Shown in pieces: positions 34,301 through 39,506 of a stretch of 39,506 nucleotides of DNA. A program made the position numbers and the translations under genes. Each line of letters opens with the position of its first letter. Positions within the stretch are counted from its first letter, which is position 1. Under the pieces are notes generated by a model. It did no database searches. It saw nothing but the letters and a program-made list of their open reading frames with translations, and had not been told where the DNA came from. Origin of the DNA: Vermamoeba vermiformis (Eukaryota); NCBI GenBank assembly GCA_045837725.1, contig JBEWZL010000204.1, positions 62,001 through 101,506 of the forward strand, given 5' to 3'.

Positions 34301-37300
34301 GAAGACGAGGGATGCGGAAAAGAAAAAGAAGTACCAAGAAAGCACCATTTCCTTGACGCTTTTTATCGACATCCCCGAACGGGACCAGAACACAATCTCT
34401 CTGTATTACCAGCAGGTGATGACCACAATGAACCAAGTTACAATGGTCGACCTGCTGAAACAAATGAGAGATCAGTGGCTGCAGTTCGTTCTGGATTCGG
34501 ACATGGAAGAGGCAGACATTGACAAGAAGCTGATTGTGCGATACATCTACCAGCTTTGCACTTTGACGGATAACCCGACCATGACCCAATTCAAAGAAGA
34601 GGCCAAGACCAAGGTGGCTGAAAAGGTCAAGGCGAAGAAAAGAAGAAGCAAGAAGGACGAGGCGCTGGAAGTTGCAGAGCAGACGGCGGAGGTGGCCTCG
34701 AACTACGCCCTTTCGATTTACAACAAAATCAAGTGGGCGTTTCAAGTCCCTTGCTACCCAAGGATTGGGATCAACTTGTGGCCGTTGTGGTACAGCCATC
34801 TGAAGAACCAAGAGTCAACGGCAGGTATTTACCCCCTGGATGCCTACGTGGAGCTCGGAGGAATGCACAGCTGCGAGAGGTACGCCATCATGGCTTTTGC
34901 TGCCAAGAACAACGTGAACGCGGCTGGATTCAAGGTGTTGTGCAAATTCATCAAGAGTCATAGAACCATCTTGAGCAAGTTTATCCTTGACCTTGAGCCA
35001 ACAATGTCGAGCTTTTTGGGCCTCAGAGAGCTTACTGATGTAGAGAAGGCCAAAATCAAGAAAGTCGTGGACATGTGGATGGAGTGGATCCAGACATCGC
35101 ACATGGCAGGTCTACTTGGTGTGACCCCAGGCAAGAGGCTGACAATCACTGATGACGACTGGGCTTACTTCAAAAAGCGCATAACCATGTCCATCAACAA
35201 CGCAGCCTTCCCGACCGAAGAGGTTATCGACAGGCTTCGCACTGTGGTTACGTTCCGGATCCCGAAAAAGTCAGGCAATGCTACCAAGTGGTTAAACACT
35301 CTCCTTGCCAGCGTCAATGAGGTTGCCCCTATGGACACCAGTGTCCCACCAAATACGGTAAGTCTTGTGTAGTACCAAAGTGTCCTCTTACGGACCGTAA
35401 AAGGATGGGTCATGGCAGGGACTTTGCCTGACCCAAGACCTGTCCTCTTACGGTCCCTTAAAGGATGGGCCATGACTGGGACTTTGCCTGAGTCAAAACC
35501 CATCCTCTTATGGTCCATAAAAGGATGGGCCATGACTGGGACTTTGCCTGAGTCAAAACCTGTCCTCTTACGGTCCATAAAAGGATGGGTCATGACTTAG
35601 ACTTTGCCTGAGTCAAAACCTGTCCTCTTATGGTCCGTAAAAGGATGGGTCAAGGCTGAACAATTGCCTGGCTAGGAATCCATCCTCTTACGGTCCCTTA
35701 AAGGATGGGTTATGACTGGGGCTTTGCCTGAGTCAAAATCCATCCTCTTACGGTCCCTTAAAGGATGGGTCATGTCTGAGTCTTTGTCTGAGTCAAAACC
35801 CATCCTCTTACGGTCCATAAAAGGATGGGTCATGACTTAGAATTTGCCTGAGTCAAAACCTGTCCTCTTATGGTCCGTAAAAGGATGGGCCATGACTGGG
35901 ACTTTGCCTGAGCCAAGACCTGTCCTCTTACGGTCTGTAAAAGGATGGGTTATGGCTGGGACTTTGCCTGACTCCAATCCTATCCTCTTACGGCCCGTAA
36001 AAGGACCAGTTCACTGCCTGCCTTATTTTCCCAGCCTTACTGACAAATGCTCTCCGTAGGTCAATCATGTGGTCATGGACTTGCGAATGTCCACAAGCAA
36101 CAACAACGAAAGCATGATTGAAGGCCTGGTTAATGTGGCCATTGCCTTTGCTCAAGCCAGACACTGCTGCATAACAGTGGTTGACGAGGGGACATTGAAA
36201 CTTCTTCTCGGCAGAGTGCCAAACACCCAGGCATACCATCTGTTTTCGGTGCTGGACCAGCCAGACGAAGAGCTGTTGCTGGATGACCCTCAGGGTGGCA
36301 CAGGGGTGTTTGTGGTGGTACTGCGACCAGCAAACCTCCACCTCTTCTTCAGGTCGAATCACGGAGACTTGGGCCAGAGAATGGTTGGCTTTTCATTGGC
36401 GCACAGAGCATTCTACCTGAACAGACCAAGCAAGAGTAAAGGCCCAGTCCCTCTGCGAAACCAAGAAATTGCAGGCGCAGAAGCAGAAGCCTTGCCAGTG
36501 CTGTTCTGGACCTCATTGGGATCTTTCATCCAGGCAGATGAAAAAAGCAGCATCATGGCGATAGGAAGTTGCACCAGCAATTGTACTGCTTTTGCTGCCA
36601 AGAGTTGGTTGTCCAGCAGGAGAAGATGCATCTTCGTCGGGCTCAAGAAGAAGAAAAAGCCAAACGACGTGCCAGTCTCAAAACAGATGGAGGAGCTGGA
36701 GCAGAAAAGGTCAATGAACCAGGCGTCTGCATCTGCAGGAGGCATGGTGGTGCAGGAGGAGGAACTCAAAGAGGTCCCAAAGAACTTGGAAGAAATGATG
36801 GCCAAGTTGGTATCCCCAGAGAGCAAGTTGAGAGAACAGGCAAGCAAGATACCTTTCTTGTCCTTGTTCCTGAAAGACTTGGAGTGGGCTGATTTAGCAA
36901 AAGTCAAGACATTTGCTTTTGAGACCTACAGAAATGTTTCAGAAGGTTGGGCCATGCTAAAACAAGAGTACTTCAGAGAGCTACGCTTTTACCAAGATTC
37001 ATTACCCGAAGAGGGCAGCGTAGAGTACGACACGTACACGGCCAGATTGAAGACTCTCTACATGCTGGATGAAGCAGACCAACAGCTCCCAGTGATAAAG
37101 ACTCTACAGCAGCTCAAAGAGGCAGCAGCAACCTTGGCATCTCCTCCCAACAAGACTGGCAAGACACCTGGAAGAAAGACTCCAGGCAAGGCACCAGCTC
37201 GGTTCGAAACTCCCACCAACCTTGGAAAGAGAAAGGTCAGGGATGAGGACGAAGGAACAGAGCAGGGTGAAGAGCAGCCCTTGTTGAAGAGGCCAAAGGT

Positions 37301-38168
37301 GTCAACTACACCAACAAGAAAGGAAGTAGTGAATGCCAGGGCGACCATCAACAACACCAACTTCCAGCCTGTCTCGACCATAGAGCTGCTGAGAACTGCA
37401 CCAGTTGTGCCTGCAAGGGCAGGCCTTGGACCCCTCCCAAAAAGCAACAACAATGCAGTCTCGCATCAAGCCCCTCGTTCGGAGGAGCAAGGGGAGAAGC
37501 AAGGGCCAGGAGAGGAGCCAGTGACAAGACCACAGGACGTGATGCAGGTTGATGACATTGAGGACTCTGGCCAGCAACAGCAAAAGCCTCGCACCAAAGA
37601 AGGAACTTTAAACTTGCCAGTTGTGGTTGAGGAGGATGACATTGAGGACACAGAGTTCACTCCCAAACAGCCCAAGTCAATCAGAAAATCCTCAGAGCTG
37701 GAGGACGACCAGATTGAAACGACCCCTCCTCCTAAGGCCCAGGAGGAGGAAGAGGACGAGGCGGAGGAAAAGGCCAAGCATGACTCGAGCAGCGACTTTG
37801 CCAGCCCACCAAAGCCTGCGGAAAAGAAGGACAAGAAGAAGAAAAAGAAGAAGAAGCAGGACAGTGAGCAAGCCAAGTCTGTGGATGAAGAATCCAAGGA
37901 GGGCAAGGCCGAGAAGAAGAAGAAGAAGAAGAAGGCAGAGGAAGCAGAACCTGAGGGGGACAAGACTGAAAAGAAAAAGAAGAAAAAGAAGAAGAGCAAG
38001 AAATCGAAAGGTTCTTCGAAAGAAAAGTCGTCCTCCAAGTCCGAGGAAAAGGAGTCATCAGAGAGCCAAGGCGAAGAGGAAGAGCAAGCAGCTGCCCAAG
38101 AGGAGGAGGAGGAGGAGGAGAGAGCCTCTCAGGTATCACGTAGTGCTAGTTCTGATGATTTTGATTGA
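31391..38168 (+). CDS. About 1577-aa protein with a ParB/Srx-like (DGQHR) domain, a probable degenerate beta-class DNA methyltransferase fold and a long Lys/Glu-rich disordered tail; 4 exons
   Basis: Exons 31391-31398 (ATG TCA GG|gtaagt), 32087-33104, 33759-35357 and 36060-38168 join in frame at GT-AG sites (4734 nt). RPLQEETVQNLIKTI...SPMLGV...TVLDGQHRIEAL, with DGQHR at 34260-34274. Poly-Lys NLS-like tracts and many S/T-P-x-K/R sites. Confidence 0.85.
31440..32037. repeat. Palindrome cluster B in intron 1: 8 copies, mostly 86-bp period, spacers built from GGGTCTTG/GGACTTG sub-repeats
   Basis: Copies near 31440, 31510, 31596, 31682, 31749, 31835, 31921 and 32007. Confidence 0.95.
33140..33710. 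repeat. Palindrome cluster C in intron 2: 10 copies, 60-bp period (one 61)
   Basis: Copies near 33140, 33200, 33260, 33320, 33380, 33440, 33501, 33561, 33621 and 33681; they align vertically in the 60-column listing. Confidence 0.97.
35381..36006. repeat. Palindrome cluster D in intron 3: 11 copies, exact 60-bp period
   Basis: Copies at 35381 + 60n up to 35981; spacer consensus CATGACT(G/T)(G/A)GACTTTGCCTGAGTCAAAACC. Confidence 0.97.
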
Positions 38169-38207
38169 ATCGTAAGTTTGTATGTTGTTGATAACAAAAG
38201 GGGTTTT

Positions 38208-38623
38208 GATCCTCTTACGGACCGTAAAAGGACGAGGTCCAAGGGCTCAGTCAAACCCTGTCCTCTTACAGACCGTAAAGGGATGGGTCCTGACTTTGAC
38301 TTGGGGTAAGTCAAGCCTTGTCCTCTTACGGACCGTAAAATGACTGGATCTGGGTTGACTTCAAATCCCATCCTCTTACGGTCCATAAAAGGATGGGTCT
38401 TGACTAAGCCTGTTTCTACTCCAAGTCAGATCCTCTTACGGACCGTAAAAGGATGCGAATATATTTATGCTAAAAACTCAGACCCATCCTCTTACGGACC
38501 GTAAAAGGATCAAAACAAAGTGCCAAAATTTAAAGTCATCCTCTTACGGACCGTAAAAGGATAACCTTAAGTGAAAACTTTTTAAACTAAGTAACCATCC
38601 TTTTACGGACCGTAAGAGGATGG
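38208..38623. repeat. Palindrome cluster E downstream of the stop codon: 8 copies, 50-61 bp spacing
   Basis: Copies near 38209, 38259, 38318, 38369, 38430, 38485, 38538 and 38595. Preceded by a GTAAGT donor at 38172, so possibly a 3'-UTR intron. Confidence 0.95.
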
Positions 38624-38942
38624 ATATTCTCCTATCACTTATTAATCAACATTTCATTAGGCGAACTTCTTTGGTACTCCATTACAGTCAACGGGAGCAG
38701 CCTCGGTTGACTTGTTCTCATCCTTCCCTTCCTCCCCAAGCCCCTTCCTATCCTTTCCTCACTGGCTGTTCGAAGTCCAGGCCTCACCAAAAATCGACAC
38801 CCAGGCCACTGTCATCGTTCCTCGTACCCCACTCCCATCCCCACCCCGATCCCCATCCAAGTCCGATCAGCCGTCCTCACCAAGTTGTTGACCCAGCCCT
38901 TTGTATTTTTTTTTAAAATAAAAATGTTTTAATCTATAGGCA

Positions 38943-38998
38943 GTCACGTGACCTCCCCTAAATTCCGGGGGCGGGAATTCCCGAAATAAATTCCGGGC
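38943..38998. promoter_or_regulatory. Candidate promoter elements: GTCACGTGAC E-box palindrome, AAATTCCGGG x2 and GGGAATTCCC
   Basis: Motifs are directly visible just upstream of the GC-rich ORF at 39035; function is inferred. Confidence 0.35.
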
Positions 38999-39034
38999 AT
39001 CTTCCAGGGCTCATCTTCCGCACGATTCTCTCGG

Positions 39035-39506
39035 ATGCCACGGCTCGGGTGCGGACGGTCGGGCGCGACGGTTTTTTTCCCGACCACTATCTTAACCTCA
39101 CGCATGGAACACCACAGCTCAGACTCGATGTCCGTAGATGAAACGGACCATTACGCCCCCTCGGAGACGCCGTTCGAACGGCAGATCGACCAAAGGCACT
39201 ACCTCTACGGGGACGACTGGAACGACTCTGCCTTCGGGGATTACCAGACTCGAGGCCTGGAACCTCTCCGAGTTCCCGATCGAGAGGAGCCATCGTCCCC
39301 TCCTCCGGAAAGGACGCCCGACCGACGAGTGAGTTGGGCGAGGGCAAACCAGTGGGTAGCCGCTTCCGCCGGGCACCCGGACAAGCTGTCGGCGTTGGCG
39401 GCGGCCAAGATGAACTTCGTGCCCACCTTGGAGAACTCGGCCGAACCGTCGTTGCCATCCTGCGACCTGGACGGCCTATGCTTGGTCGGTTACCCGTCGA
39501 TACCGT
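39035..39506 (+). CDS. 5' part of a GC-rich hypothetical protein running off the window (start at 39035 or 39104)
   Basis: Stop-free frame to the end of the window, absent from the ORF track because it is unterminated: MEHHSSDSMSVDETDHYAPSETPFERQIDQRHYLYGDDWND...SCDLDGLCLVGYPSIP. Confidence 0.55.
   Translation, partial: MPRLGCGRSGATVFFPTTILTSRMEHHSSDSMSVDETDHYAPSETPFERQIDQRHYLYGDDWNDSAFGDYQTRGLEPLRVPDREEPSSPPPERTPDRRVSWARANQWVAASAGHPDKLSALAAAKMNFVPTLENSAEPSLPSCDLDGLCLVGYPSIP

Larger units (their letters stand above)
30520..39506. mobile_element. Putative mobile or foreign island: palindrome arrays, ParB-like gene and start of a second GC-rich ORF; boundaries uncertain
   Basis: Abrupt shift to GC-richer exons, long (650-700 bp) repeat-filled introns unlike the mostly 45-300 bp host introns, and a repeat absent from 1-30.5 kb. 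No transposase or integrase is seen in the window, so mobility is inferred. Confidence 0.5.

Noticed and set aside
33759-35357. DndB / phosphorothioation operon suggested by DGQHR
   Set aside because: No other dnd genes; the motif is shared across the ParB/Srx superfamily and lies in a spliced eukaryotic gene.
37466-38175. Poly-Phe/Ser minus-strand and poly-Arg alternative-frame ORFs
   Set aside because: Shadows of the low-complexity Lys/Glu-coding exon 4.
30635-38386. Short ORFs with LLRSVKG / DRKRTG / FYGP peptides
   Set aside because: They are translations of the palindromic repeat in various frames, not genes.
30525-38623. CRISPR array (palindromic ~30-bp repeats with ~30-bp spacers)
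   Set aside because: Spacers in clusters B-D are related to each other and to the repeat, the arrays lie in spliceosomal introns, and no cas-like gene is visible.
1-39506. Bacterial contig or contamination (LtrA, PhoD, SerA, truncated globin, ParB look bacterial)
   Set aside because: All carry canonical spliceosomal introns and are interleaved with Arf and mitochondrial-targeted genes.

Overview
Intron-rich eukaryotic DNA with short GT-AG introns and AT-rich intergenic stretches. The gene content suggests a free-living protist, probably an amoebozoan (inference). Positions 1-29.3 kb are a compact host gene array. Recognisable genes: BadF-type sugar kinase, DEAD-box helicase, Arf-family GTPase, sulfite oxidase, PhoD phosphatase, LtrA-like protein, group II truncated globin and SerA/PHGDH. 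Several are unusual: (a) a Crinkler-like SAM-NTPase-nuclease gene with an apparent mitochondrial presequence; (b) an Arf ending in a CaaX box; (c) a secreted protein with Bacteroidetes-type TNELQ repeats; (d) a MYRF/MrfA-like gene, assembled by hand from 5 coding exons, that joins a putative DNA-binding domain, a self-cleaving peptidase S74/ICA domain, a transmembrane helix and a C-terminal LRR ectodomain. From about 30.5 kb the sequence becomes a GC-richer island. It carries one 4-exon gene of about 1577 aa with a ParB-like DGQHR domain and an apparently degenerate beta-class DNA methyltransferase fold. All three coding-region introns and both flanks of this gene are filled with arrays of one ~29-bp palindrome, (C/T)(A/G)TCCT(C/T)TTACGGWCCGTAA(A/G)AGGATGG: 46 copies counted by eye in 5 clusters, with a strict 60-bp period in two. 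Two tRNA 3' remnants are embedded in the leftmost cluster. This ParB-like gene plus palindrome array is the best candidate for an undescribed system. All family calls come from motif recognition, not database searches.
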